From a virus (taxonomy: Duplodnaviria; Heunggongvirae; Uroviricota; Caudoviricetes; Demerecviridae), in IMG/VR virus record IMGVR_UViG_2595698513_000001, positions 30,745 through 94,744 of that record: a stretch of DNA of 64,000 nucleotides, one strand, 5' to 3'. The notes under the pieces were generated by a model. The model searched no databases. It was not told the DNA's origin and was given only the letters and a program-made list of their open reading frames with translations. The position numbers and the translations under genes are program-made. Below, piece by piece: positions 16,830-26,006 of this stretch (the first letter of the stretch is position 1; every line of letters begins with the position of its first letter).

Positions 16830-17466
16830 GTGTACCGCAGGCTTTGCTCGTTCAGGAAAAGATACCTTTGCTGGCTTTCTAGCTAGTGAACTAAACATGG
16901 ATACCTATGCCCTAGCTCAACCTATTAAAGATATTATGTGTGCTTTATTTGGTTGGGGAGAAGAACACCGTGATGGCTCTTATAAAGAAATTGAGATGTT
17001 ATATTCAATCTCACCAGAAACACTAGATGCTGCCGGTATTATTTATAACACCTACGGTTTAAACTACTATGAAGAATTTCATGATTGTTGGGGTAAGCTA
17101 GTAGGACTGTTTGATATAATGATTAAGGAAGATGATTTAGGCTATTGTATTATTAGCCCTAGACGTGCATTCCAGCTATTTGGTACAGAATGGGGCAGAG
17201 CTATTGATGACGACATCTGGCTAGATATTGCTCCGAAAGAAAATACTATTATTACAGATGTTCGTTTCGATAATGAGGCAAAATACTTCAAAGACTTAGG
17301 TGCACAAGTTATCTTGATTGAACGTCCAGGATTCCGTCCAGTAACAAATGGACATGCTAGCGAGGCCGGAGTATCTCGTGAATTTGTAGATATTGTAGTT
17401 ACAAATGACAAAGGATTAAAAGAGTTACAAGAATCCGCCAAAGCAATCGCTACTGGCCAATTATAA
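16819..17466 (+). CDS. deoxynucleoside monophosphate kinase (T4 gp1-like)
   Basis: GFARSGKDT P-loop; LAQPIKD; ITDVRFDNE; IERPG; HASEAGV; VVTNDKGLKEL. Confidence 0.8.
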   Translation: MKNKCTAGFARSGKDTFAGFLASELNMDTYALAQPIKDIMCALFGWGEEHRDGSYKEIEMLYSISPETLDAAGIIYNTYGLNYYEEFHDCWGKLVGLFDIMIKEDDLGYCIISPRRAFQLFGTEWGRAIDDDIWLDIAPKENTIITDVRFDNEAKYFKDLGAQVILIERPGFRPVTNGHASEAGVSREFVDIVVTNDKGLKELQESAKAIATGQL

Positions 17467-17478
17467 TAAGTAAGACTA

Positions 17479-17509
17479 AGCCCCTGTAGAAATACAGGGG
17501 CTTTTTTGT
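17479..17509 (+). terminator. rho-independent terminator
   Basis: AGCCCCTGTAGAAATACAGGGGCT then TTTTTT. Confidence 0.75.
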
Positions 17510-17552
17510 ATCTGAATGAAATAATCTTCATGTAACATTTATTAAACATTTC

Positions 17553-17581
17553 TTTACATTTTTGTAAAATTCTCCTATAAT
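17553..17581 (+). promoter_or_regulatory. sigma70-like promoter TTTACA-17-TATAAT for fibre/secreted-protein operon
   Basis: Lacks the conserved T5-type leader; follows terminator 17479-17509. Confidence 0.55.
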
Positions 17582-17623
17582 ATTAACAAATATTGAAAAC
17601 AGTTTATAAGGAGAAACAAATAA

Positions 17624-17959
17624 ATGGCATATCAAATTTTTTCAAGTGATAAAAAGGGTATAGGAGAGATTATCGAGTTACCTATTTCTCCAGAGTACGC
17701 TCACTGCTTCGCTGGTGTTCGTTACTTTGACTCGAACGACGCACAAATTATACCTAGTGCTGGCTCAGTGAACATCATGGCTAAACACCTCACAAATAAT
17801 AATTATGATGAAGTAGTTAATGCTGATCTAGACGCTACTGAAGCTGGAGCTGAGGCAGAATGGGGCGGAAACGTTACAGCAGTTAAAGTTACTCCATCAA
17901 GCCTTGCAGGAACAGACTTAGCTACTTATCAGCTAGTTGTAGTTCAAAACCTAAGTTAA
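17624..17959 (+). CDS. hypothetical protein, first gene of fibre operon
   Basis: After promoter 17553-17581. Confidence 0.55.
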   Translation: MAYQIFSSDKKGIGEIIELPISPEYAHCFAGVRYFDSNDAQIIPSAGSVNIMAKHLTNNNYDEVVNADLDATEAGAEAEWGGNVTAVKVTPSSLAGTDLATYQLVVVQNLS

Positions 17960-17969
17960 GGAGAAATAT

Positions 17970-20477
17970 ATGGGATTTGGCCCAGCCTATGGTACTGGTA
18001 GGGGCGGTGGTGCAGTTGACATTTTCACAAAGAAAGATGGAAACCCTGCCATATTCGCCAACACTGGTGCTAGAGACACATATTTTACATCAAACCCAGA
18101 TGAATTAGCGAAAGTTAAATCTTCTGGTGATGCAGTTGCTATTGGTACAGCTAACCAAATTACAGCAGCTTACGTATATAAACAAAACGCGTGGCAACCT
18201 ATTGCTACTAACTTCAAAGGAGATAAAGGTGCTCCAGGTACTCCTGGCGATGGTATTGATTACAGCCATCTTACTCAAGGACAAATTCCTAAATGGGACG
18301 CGACTGCTAAGAGATTTACTAATTCAGGTGTTACTTCGAAAGAAGATGGCTCGATTACCCTAGAGCCTGCATCATTACATCTAGGCTCACATTCTATTTC
18401 AAGTAGTGCAGAAAACGTAACATTCACTAACGTAGTTACAAATAAAGTGTACGCCCCTTTATGGCAAGAAGTAGGTTACGGTACTAAAACAGGGTACATT
18501 AGGTCACATGGACCAAGACTTGAGGTAGAGCTAGAAACAGATAACAGTAAAGATTTAGTTAACCCTTTCTTCAACTATACAGCACCTGCCGATGCTTCTT
18601 TATTTGGTGCTAAAATAGAAGTAGCTCAAGATGCTACCAACGTAGAAGTGCATGTACTCCTAAATAACGAAGAATTGTGGTTAGCTAGATTAGGGGATCT
18701 ATCTGCTGGAGAACAGGATATTTTCTTCACAAACCCAGCAGACTTTAAAGCTGGTAATACCTATGATGTTAGGGTGGCTAGCTCTGATGGGTCTGATGTT
18801 ATACTTAAAGGTAGTCAGTATGACACCCCAAAAGCTACGTTACATGTAGCTAAATGGACAGACGAGATAGTAGCTTCTCAAGAATGGTTAAAAACCCTAA
18901 AATTAGTAAATGACATTACATTAAGTGGTGATCAGTTCAGTTTTACAATGCTGGATGGTACTAGTAAGACTGTTACACTACCTGTTGGAGGTTCGGCTAA
19001 AGCGGCACCGTACAACTTTATAGAGTTGTTAACAGATAGGGGCATCTCAGTATCCGAACTGACTAACTCTACTCCTATTTTTAGTTTTGAAGAAGATACT
19101 TCTATTACTCTTACAATGCCTGCTACAAGTACTCTTCCGGTAGGTCGAGATAGTGCATTTATAGTAGAAAATAGGACTACTACACCCGCAGCAGTAGTAG
19201 AAGTAAAAGCAAGTAACACAGATATAGTTAATAGGCCTGGACTTACTTCTTTCAATGTGCCTACCAACCATACCATACTATTTGTAAGCAACGTAGCAAG
19301 CAACTCCTGGCATGCAATAGTGCTGGCCTCTGGTGGCACCGGTGGTTCTAGTTTGAACGAGGGGCAAGTAGTAAAAGCTCTAGAAACTACATCTAGTGGT
19401 AAAGACTTACTTGTACGCTACTACGACGATACCAGTTCTACCCTTACGTTCAACCCATGGGTAGACGATATTGCCAAACTAAATAAAGCTGTATCTGACT
19501 TAGAAAGACACCTAAAAAACAAAACTAAGTTTTATGTATATAAAGGTGATACTATACCTACCGATGTGCCTAGAGGCTCTCGCGGAGGGTACTACTTTAC
19601 TTTCTATGGTACAACTTCTGAGCTAACTCTCACAACCCCTGTAACAGCTAGTAAGATTAGTGATGGTACTATATTATTCATAGATAATAATTCACCTGAT
19701 TATTCTGTAACAGTAAACACACCGCAAGGAGAGACAATAGCAGGGCAGGCCTCTGTATCTATAGCTCCTGAAGCCGCCGCATGGTATGTTAGAAATGACA
19801 ATAACTGGCAGGAATTATACTCTGGATTTTTACCGCGCTCCCACAAAGATCTTATTAACGAGATGAAGGCGTTAGTGAGTGCTGATAATAACTTTATTCG
19901 TAACTTAAATGTACAGAGTGACGATCCTACCCAAACTGCTGTAGCTGCTACTTCATTGGAATTCAAAGGGTTTGACGTTACCACTCCTGCTGATGATACT
20001 ACAAAAGGTATTATTAAGTTCAAAGGGGCTACATTCGAGAACCCTGATGGTAGTAAAGTAGTTACAGATGTATTGAAACTTGTTGGTATGGAGGTTGTTG
20101 ATCCAGGCGATGGTACACCACCAAAACTAATGTTAACTGGTGGAGCGTTACCTTTACCACACCCAACTAGCGCATATGCATTCTTTGATGCAGCTGCTAC
20201 GGTACCAGATACAGTAGACTTCACTTCATTAACTAAGTTTACTAACGGTAAGGTTACAGTTACTAAATCTACTGCTGACCCTCAATATGTGTATATTCTT
20301 ATTCCTGCTGCTGAAGGGGCAGGGGCTGACCGTATTGGAGAGCAAGGTGGACTACCTGCATTCTGGGATAAAAGCTCTAAAACTTATACCGTCAATGGAC
20401 AGAGTGAAACATTCACAGTGTTCCGTTCTCCTTACCCACTAAAAGAGCAGGACGTTACACTAATAATTTACCATTAA
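17970..20477 (+). CDS. tail-fibre-like large fibrous protein (835 aa)
   Basis: Gly/Thr/Ser-rich; collagen-like GDKGAPGTPGDG; no signal peptide. Confidence 0.5.
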   Translation: MGFGPAYGTGRGGGAVDIFTKKDGNPAIFANTGARDTYFTSNPDELAKVKSSGDAVAIGTANQITAAYVYKQNAWQPIATNFKGDKGAPGTPGDGIDYSHLTQGQIPKWDATAKRFTNSGVTSKEDGSITLEPASLHLGSHSISSSAENVTFTNVVTNKVYAPLWQEVGYGTKTGYIRSHGPRLEVELETDNSKDLVNPFFNYTAPADASLFGAKIEVAQDATNVEVHVLLNNEELWLARLGDLSAGEQDIFFTNPADFKAGNTYDVRVASSDGSDVILKGSQYDTPKATLHVAKWTDEIVASQEWLKTLKLVNDITLSGDQFSFTMLDGTSKTVTLPVGGSAKAAPYNFIELLTDRGISVSELTNSTPIFSFEEDTSITLTMPATSTLPVGRDSAFIVENRTTTPAAVVEVKASNTDIVNRPGLTSFNVPTNHTILFVSNVASNSWHAIVLASGGTGGSSLNEGQVVKALETTSSGKDLLVRYYDDTSSTLTFNPWVDDIAKLNKAVSDLERHLKNKTKFYVYKGDTIPTDVPRGSRGGYYFTFYGTTSELTLTTPVTASKISDGTILFIDNNSPDYSVTVNTPQGETIAGQASVSIAPEAAAWYVRNDNNWQELYSGFLPRSHKDLINEMKALVSADNNFIRNLNVQSDDPTQTAVAATSLEFKGFDVTTPADDTTKGIIKFKGATFENPDGSKVVTDVLKLVGMEVVDPGDGTPPKLMLTGGALPLPHPTSAYAFFDAAATVPDTVDFTSLTKFTNGKVTVTKSTADPQYVYILIPAAEGAGADRIGEQGGLPAFWDKSSKTYTVNGQSETFTVFRSPYPLKEQDVTLIIYH

Positions 20478-20490
20478 GGAGTAAATATAT

Positions 20491-23076
20491 ATGACAACAA
20501 TAACTGTAGGTACTCCAGTTACCGCCCCGATTACTCCGGGGCGTGATGACTCTAATGTGTGGCCTACCCATATTGCAAAATACGGTAAAGGCGGTTTTGA
20601 AGTAGTAGACGCTATCCAAGACCGCGACTTAATTACCGACGAAAGACGAGAAGATAAAGCAGTACTAGTAAGGTCTGCTGCAAACGGTAAACCAGCACTA
20701 TTCGAATATTCTAATGGTAACTGGAATGAAATCCCATTAGAAGGTGGTTCTAGTAACGGCATGACCTTTAAGGACGACCTCTTTACCACCGATAATGTTG
20801 ATACTGCTACATTCGAGAGCTCTTCCGTAAAAGAGATTAATGATGCAGGTACTAGCGTGTCCGTTACGCCATTCACTACCTATACTGATGAGCGTACTAG
20901 CGGAACTACTGACGAAGGCGGACAAACCTACGTTCCAGTACGAGCTAATAAAGTATCCCTAATGTCCCCATTACAAATGTTCTCAGACCCTAATGAGGAA
21001 TTAGGTGTAGTAATGGAAATTCAGCATGACGCATTCGAAGCTAAACGTGCTGACGGATATTTAGCATATATTGGCTACCCTATTGAGATTATCGCACAAC
21101 CAGAAGCAGAGAATTACCATGCTAAGGGTAAGATATGGCCTACCGACTTAGTGGTAGATAGTCAAGGTACTTCCATTGCTATCAATAAAGCACAGAAAAC
21201 CGTGGGTATCCAAGAAGGTGATAACCTAGACCCTAACGTTACAGGCGGGGCTGACTTCCTAGTAGCATATCGCATATCTCTAGCAGGTGTTGCGCCAAAC
21301 GAAGGTAGAGTTCGCATCTATCTAGCTCAAGGACAGCAGTTCGATGAGTCTTCTGATATTGTAGTAGATGTCGACGGTCAAGCACTAGCAGCAGAAAAAC
21401 ACTATAAAGCAGGCGATACTCTAGGGGACTTGGAAGTAGTTGGAGTACTAAATGCCAAAGGCTTAACAAACCTAACAATGCACGTAGTACATACATTTAC
21501 TACTGATAATATCATGATTAATGAGAGGGCTAAAGGAATCTCAGGTATTATGGTTCAGGCTCTTGACGAAAACAGTAAGACAGGTCAAGCACTAGTACAG
21601 TACGAGTTAGATACTAGACAAGTTATTGAGTTCTCTAGAGAATGGCTTGGTCAGAAGAGAATGAGCTTTGACAGTGTAGTAAATCATGACTCTAAAAGAC
21701 AAACCGGAGCAGCCGGACAGGGTATATCTCTAGCAGATGGGTTGCATTTTTATAACCCACACCCTGCGGCAACTGAAGTAAAAGATGGGCAATTAATCAT
21801 TAGTGATGATGGCTCTAATATCTGTGACTTTAGCTTAGGTAAGTTCTTCAGTACAGCGGAAACAGTAGCTCTGCGTGGCAAACAAGTAGACGTTACACTA
21901 GAGGTTAATAATAGCACTAACGGCTGGAACTTGTATCTATTAAAATGGACAGGAGCTCCAGACAAGTACACCAAAGAACTCTATAAAACTAGAGATGGCG
22001 GTGGTATGCCTATTTGGGAAGATGGTTGGGGTGTAAGTGACGTTAAGTTTATTTCAGAAGATATTACATCAGGAACACACGCAGTAACCAAGACGTTTAC
22101 AGTACCACAAGATGCTAATAACTACGCTGTAATAGTTGCGCCAGTTGAAGCCGAAATCCCAATGACTCTTAAGGTATCCAAGTTCGAATTAGATGTAGTA
22201 AATCCATTCTATATGTATGAGATGTACCAATCAAATAAGTTAGACGAAGTACACTTGAGAGCCAGCGAAGAGTTCCTAGAAACTATCCAAGATAACCAAG
22301 GACTTGGTGGGCTTAGATATACTATCAATACTGCTGCGGATGGGCTGCCAATGCCTTGTGGTAAAATCCATAAAGGTAGAGCAGACATTACTCTAGATAG
22401 TACAGTAAATACTGTTGCTGGTTCTGGGGCTAGTGGTGGTGAGGGTGCTCTTAAGTTCATGGCAGAAGGTACGGCTACTATTAATACAGAACTACGTATC
22501 TGGTCTGAACAAGCTAAGGGTACTAACTCTGTAGTAACTTTCTGGTGGGTTATTATTGCAGCCAATGGAACAGAGTCTAAGATACTTAAATCGGAAACTT
22601 CCTTTAATATTCCTGGTGGTTCTCAAGCAGTTTACACCATGAAGCCTTTCGACCTGCTAGTAGCTCCTGGTGATAGAATTGCTCTTAAAGCATCTGCTGA
22701 CAAAGCTGACGGTGCCTTCATTGAGTCTGTGTCCCCAAGCAAACCAATGGTAGATGTTAAAATCAACTTCAAGGAGTTACTGGCTACAACAGCAGATGAC
22801 CCGCTATCTGGACTGGATTTAAGTGGCTTCGATGATGTGTTACAAGCGCCAATAATTTTAACTAAGACTGTTGTTAACAGAAGCTCTATAGATATTCCTT
22901 TCGAAGTACCAGATGGGGCGGACTTAGTAGTACTTGGTGCAGTAAAAGAAGCAGTTTCAGGGATTATTGAGCCTGTAGACGACTTACATTACTCTTACAA
23001 TACTATTACAAATATATTAACTGTTTCCTTTGGCGAAGTAGCCACGGTACAGCTAACTTTAGGTCTTTACATGTAA
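20491..23076 (+). CDS. tail-fibre-like large fibrous protein (861 aa)
   Basis: Beta-rich T/S/G/N composition typical of fibres or receptor-binding proteins. Confidence 0.5.
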   Translation: MTTITVGTPVTAPITPGRDDSNVWPTHIAKYGKGGFEVVDAIQDRDLITDERREDKAVLVRSAANGKPALFEYSNGNWNEIPLEGGSSNGMTFKDDLFTTDNVDTATFESSSVKEINDAGTSVSVTPFTTYTDERTSGTTDEGGQTYVPVRANKVSLMSPLQMFSDPNEELGVVMEIQHDAFEAKRADGYLAYIGYPIEIIAQPEAENYHAKGKIWPTDLVVDSQGTSIAINKAQKTVGIQEGDNLDPNVTGGADFLVAYRISLAGVAPNEGRVRIYLAQGQQFDESSDIVVDVDGQALAAEKHYKAGDTLGDLEVVGVLNAKGLTNLTMHVVHTFTTDNIMINERAKGISGIMVQALDENSKTGQALVQYELDTRQVIEFSREWLGQKRMSFDSVVNHDSKRQTGAAGQGISLADGLHFYNPHPAATEVKDGQLIISDDGSNICDFSLGKFFSTAETVALRGKQVDVTLEVNNSTNGWNLYLLKWTGAPDKYTKELYKTRDGGGMPIWEDGWGVSDVKFISEDITSGTHAVTKTFTVPQDANNYAVIVAPVEAEIPMTLKVSKFELDVVNPFYMYEMYQSNKLDEVHLRASEEFLETIQDNQGLGGLRYTINTAADGLPMPCGKIHKGRADITLDSTVNTVAGSGASGGEGALKFMAEGTATINTELRIWSEQAKGTNSVVTFWWVIIAANGTESKILKSETSFNIPGGSQAVYTMKPFDLLVAPGDRIALKASADKADGAFIESVSPSKPMVDVKINFKELLATTADDPLSGLDLSGFDDVLQAPIILTKTVVNRSSIDIPFEVPDGADLVVLGAVKEAVSGIIEPVDDLHYSYNTITNILTVSFGEVATVQLTLGLYM

Positions 23077-23105
23077 AAACGAGGGGCGAGAGCCCCTAAA
23101 CATAG

Positions 23106-23585
23106 GTGAATACTATGAATAAAATTAAATTAACAACACTAGCAATCCTAGCTTCTCTAGGAATGTCAGGTGCTGCATTAGCTGACAACGCTAACGCTAA
23201 CTTCTCAACAACAGTACAAAGCTTCTGTACAGTAGGTCAAACAGCTCCTGGTATTATGCACTTGGATGGTGTTAACCTTACTACAGATACTCCTGCTGAG
23301 ATGGTTGTTAACAACAACGATGCTAACAAGTATCAAGTGAGTATTTCAAAGCCTTCTGACTTTACTACTCGTCCTAACTCATACACAGGTAGTACTACAT
23401 TTACATCTGCATTTGGTGTAACAGGAGCTAACTCTACAGTTAACCCAGTACCTAACGATACTGCACATAACCTAGCAAATATCGGTACAGATAACCTAAG
23501 TATTTCTCTGTTTGGTACATCTGATGTAAATTACACAGCCGGTGACTATACCGCAGTTGTAGTAGCATCATGCGTCGCTCAGTAA
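23106..23585 (+). CDS. secreted SCPU-domain / fimbrial-subunit-like protein
   Basis: Signal peptide ending AALA; ANFSTTVQSFCTVGQ N-terminus; ...GDYTAVVVASCVAQ tail; two Cys. Confidence 0.5.
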   Translation: MNTMNKIKLTTLAILASLGMSGAALADNANANFSTTVQSFCTVGQTAPGIMHLDGVNLTTDTPAEMVVNNNDANKYQVSISKPSDFTTRPNSYTGSTTFTSAFGVTGANSTVNPVPNDTAHNLANIGTDNLSISLFGTSDVNYTAGDYTAVVVASCVAQ

Positions 23586-23977
23586 TACTACTAGGGCTCT
23601 TAATATCAGGGTGGGCTAACGCGCTCACCCTAGCTCCAATGTACTTTGATGAGTTAGTATATCAAGATATGTATATAGCTAAATTCAGGTTAGATAATAC
23701 TGATGTGGATTTACGCTATTTTGATGTAACTGTACATGAAGACTCACTAGACGGTAACGTAGTGTATAGTAACACTGAAGTACTAGGTGGGGAGAGCTAC
23801 AAGTCTTTAAGAGCACCTATTTATAACCTGAAACCTGATAAATTACAGAAGTTTTACGTTTGTGTAACCGAAAAACCTAAGGAGGGTCAGAAATGGGGAG
23901 TTGTTGGAAGAGCTTGTGCAAAAGTGCGATTATATTGGCCACAATCACAGCTACAACAGTTAACGCAGCAGGATTAA
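23570..23977 (+). CDS. secreted protein
   Basis: Signal peptide ending WANA; overlap-coupled to upstream gene. Confidence 0.45.
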   Translation: MRRSVILLGLLISGWANALTLAPMYFDELVYQDMYIAKFRLDNTDVDLRYFDVTVHEDSLDGNVVYSNTEVLGGESYKSLRAPIYNLKPDKLQKFYVCVTEKPKEGQKWGVVGRACAKVRLYWPQSQLQQLTQQD

Positions 23978-24270
23978 TACCTAGCCCAGAACTACCATAT
24001 GGTAATGACTCTATCAGGACTCCAGATGGTTTTCAATGCTCTAGCGCTATAGCACCATCAGCATATCTAGACGGCGGTGTATACCAAGAAGACGATAACA
24101 GTAAGTATGGAGATCCTGATAGAGGGGTCTATGTACGAATAATGGTACCATTATATAGTGGTACGAAACGGCTTGATTGTAGTCAGCTATACAAACAAGC
24201 ACTAAGGGAGCGACAACGTGAACAAGCTCTCAGCGATATTAAAGACAGCGTTTTTAAGTCTGATGATTAG
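23893..24270 (+). CDS. secreted protein
   Basis: RBS AAGGAGGG then ATG; N-terminal signal peptide. Confidence 0.5.
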   Translation: MGSCWKSLCKSAIILATITATTVNAAGLIPSPELPYGNDSIRTPDGFQCSSAIAPSAYLDGGVYQEDDNSKYGDPDRGVYVRIMVPLYSGTKRLDCSQLYKQALRERQREQALSDIKDSVFKSDD

Positions 24271-24421
24271 TGGCTGTACTTTTAACTTTACAATAGACAC
24301 CGATTACGCTGCACAAAGAGACCACGGTGGACCAATTGAAGAAGAAGTCACAACTAATAACAAAACTGAGACAGATCCTAACGTCGACGCGAATGTAGAA
24401 GTACCAGGAGGAGTCTTATGA
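24218..24421 (+). CDS. small lipoprotein (Llp-like candidate)
   Basis: GTG start with RBS AGGGAG; lipobox LMISGC. Confidence 0.45.
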   Translation: MNKLSAILKTAFLSLMISGCTFNFTIDTDYAAQRDHGGPIEEEVTTNNKTETDPNVDANVEVPGGVL

Positions 24422-24627
24422 GGCTATCTCCGGACGTTGAGAGAATACTAGAAGCCATTAATGTAATAAAAGGTGGGGCTAGTATTGTACCAGAGGATAT
24501 TGACTCGGCAGTTAGTCATGTATTATCTACACTACCTAAGAAAGCACGGATGGAATGCTTGGGTATGAGACCTGAGCAGAAGCGAGCATTTCTATTAGGA
24601 TATGCAGCATGCATGCAGTTTCATTAA
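24418..24627 (+). CDS. hypothetical protein
   Basis: ATGA overlap; terminator follows at 24716-24744. Confidence 0.45.
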   Translation: MRLSPDVERILEAINVIKGGASIVPEDIDSAVSHVLSTLPKKARMECLGMRPEQKRAFLLGYAACMQFH

Positions 24628-24715
24628 TACTAGTAGCAACTCTAAGTAGTTATTTACTAGATTGGAGTATACCAAAATCATTAGCAGTATTAATGATTAC
24701 ACTATTAATTATATA

Positions 24716-24744
24716 GCCGAGGTCAAAAGCCTCGGCTTTTTATT
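24716..24744 (+). terminator. rho-independent terminator ending the fibre/secreted-protein operon
   Basis: AGCCGAGGTCAAAAGCCTCGGCT then TTTTAT. Confidence 0.75.
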
Positions 24745-24800
24745 TGTTACAAGTCTATAACACTTCTCCCCACATACTCTTAACATCTCTACGAATTGTC

Positions 24801-24829
24801 TTGAAATTGAGACATGTATGTTATATAAT
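24801..24829 (+). promoter_or_regulatory. promoter TTGAAA-17-TATAAT for holin-endolysin
   Basis: Spacing read directly. Confidence 0.55.
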
Positions 24830-24850
24830 AACAATTGGGGGTGTTTATAT

Positions 24851-25522
24851 ATGAACAAAATGAATCTTTTAGCCTCTCTATATGCTTTATTGCAGGATAT
24901 AAAAGATCCAAAAACTCTGTTAATGAGAGTAATTTCTATTTTTATTCTCTTGGTTAGCTACCTGATAGTTACCAATCAGAGCACCCTCTTTGACTTTGCT
25001 AAGAACTTTTCAAGAACCACCGTTATAGAACAAGTACAAGCAGAAAGAGAAGCGCAATATCCTAGGGTTGCCAAGGAAAAAGCATCAATGCTATATGTGC
25101 AAGCTAACTCGGATGCTGTATTTATTGCGGAGTATACTCCCAAGTTTATCAATAACTACCAAGACATTGTTGCTTGGGAGGGTAAAATCAACGTAGACCC
25201 ATCGAAACTTAAAAAAGCAGTTATAGATAAATCAAGTGTTACTTACCAAAACCATTTGGTGGGTAGAAACCAGTCTATTCTGTTTGAAAAAGTAGTACCA
25301 ATGAGGGGGGCATTCGTTACTAATGGCTTAGAGTATGAATCTTTAGGCATAAAGTACATGTACACTTGCCCTATCTTTAACCAAGCAAATAGCTACTCTG
25401 GTTACGTTGGTATAGCATGGGCAGAAGAACCTTACGGGGATAAAAAAGAAAAGGCTCTATTGGAAGCATACCTAGAAAGGGTATGTAATCCACAAGCAAG
25501 GGCACTGGGGAGATATAAGTAA
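24851..25522 (+). CDS. putative holin (large, single TM)
   Basis: After promoter 24801-24829; RBS GGGGG; TM VISIFILLVSYLIV; immediately upstream of endolysin. Confidence 0.45.
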   Translation: MNKMNLLASLYALLQDIKDPKTLLMRVISIFILLVSYLIVTNQSTLFDFAKNFSRTTVIEQVQAEREAQYPRVAKEKASMLYVQANSDAVFIAEYTPKFINNYQDIVAWEGKINVDPSKLKKAVIDKSSVTYQNHLVGRNQSILFEKVVPMRGAFVTNGLEYESLGIKYMYTCPIFNQANSYSGYVGIAWAEEPYGDKKEKALLEAYLERVCNPQARALGRYK

Positions 25523-25523
25523 T

Positions 25524-25913
25524 ATGGGATGGTCATTACCTTTTGGAAAACTATGGACTGGGTTCAGTCGTAAAGAGTTCGCATGTAAGTGTGGGTGTGG
25601 GTATGATACAGTAGATGCAGAGCTATTACAAGTACTGAAACGCCTTAAAAAACACTTTAAAGGCAAAGCAGTATTTATTGATAGTGGTTGCAGATGTGTT
25701 CAGCACAACAAAAAAGTTGGAGGAGCTTCTAAGTCTCAGCACTTATTCGGTAGGGCAGCCGATGTAAGAGTTGCTGGAGTATTTCCCGACACTGTTGCAG
25801 AGTATCTATTAGAAACATACCCTGGTAAGTATGGTATTGGACGTTACCGTTCATTCACTCATATTGATACCAGAAAAGTGGAAGCACGATGGGACTATCG
25901 TGCTAAAGTGTAA
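25524..25913 (+). CDS. endolysin, peptidase M15 family
   Basis: FSRKEFACKCGCG...SGCRCVQHN...SQHLFGRAADV...FTHIDTR zinc-peptidase motifs. Confidence 0.8.
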   Translation: MGWSLPFGKLWTGFSRKEFACKCGCGYDTVDAELLQVLKRLKKHFKGKAVFIDSGCRCVQHNKKVGGASKSQHLFGRAADVRVAGVFPDTVAEYLLETYPGKYGIGRYRSFTHIDTRKVEARWDYRAKV

Positions 25914-25915
25914 AT

Positions 25916-25940
25916 TAAGAGAGCTTCGGCTCTCTTTTTT
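25916..25940 (+). terminator. rho-independent terminator after endolysin
   Basis: AGAGAGCTTCGGCTCTCT then TTTTTATTTT. Confidence 0.75.
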
Positions 25941-25950
25941 ATTTTCTTGA

Positions 25951-25979
25951 ATTGTCAAACTTCAAAAATTTTCATATAA
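25951..25979 (+). promoter_or_regulatory. early promoter TTGTCA-17-TATAAT
   Basis: Follows terminator 25916-25940. Confidence 0.6.
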
Positions 25980-26006
25980 TATATAAATAGATTGTGAGGG
26001 GAGCTT

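Noticed and set aside
18127-22565. Internal and antisense ORFs inside the two fibre-like genes and elsewhere (18127-18363, 18932-19339, 19047-19271, 19700-20224, 20460-20876, 20737-20925, 21239-21496, 21750-21974, 22209-22565)
   Set aside because: Nested in or antisense to long, coherent coding frames. No start signals.
23081-23096. Hairpin GAGGGGCGAGAGCCCCT after the second fibre gene as a terminator
   Set aside because: No T-run follows. Genes continue with tight spacing and coupling. More likely an mRNA stability or attenuation hairpin inside the operon.
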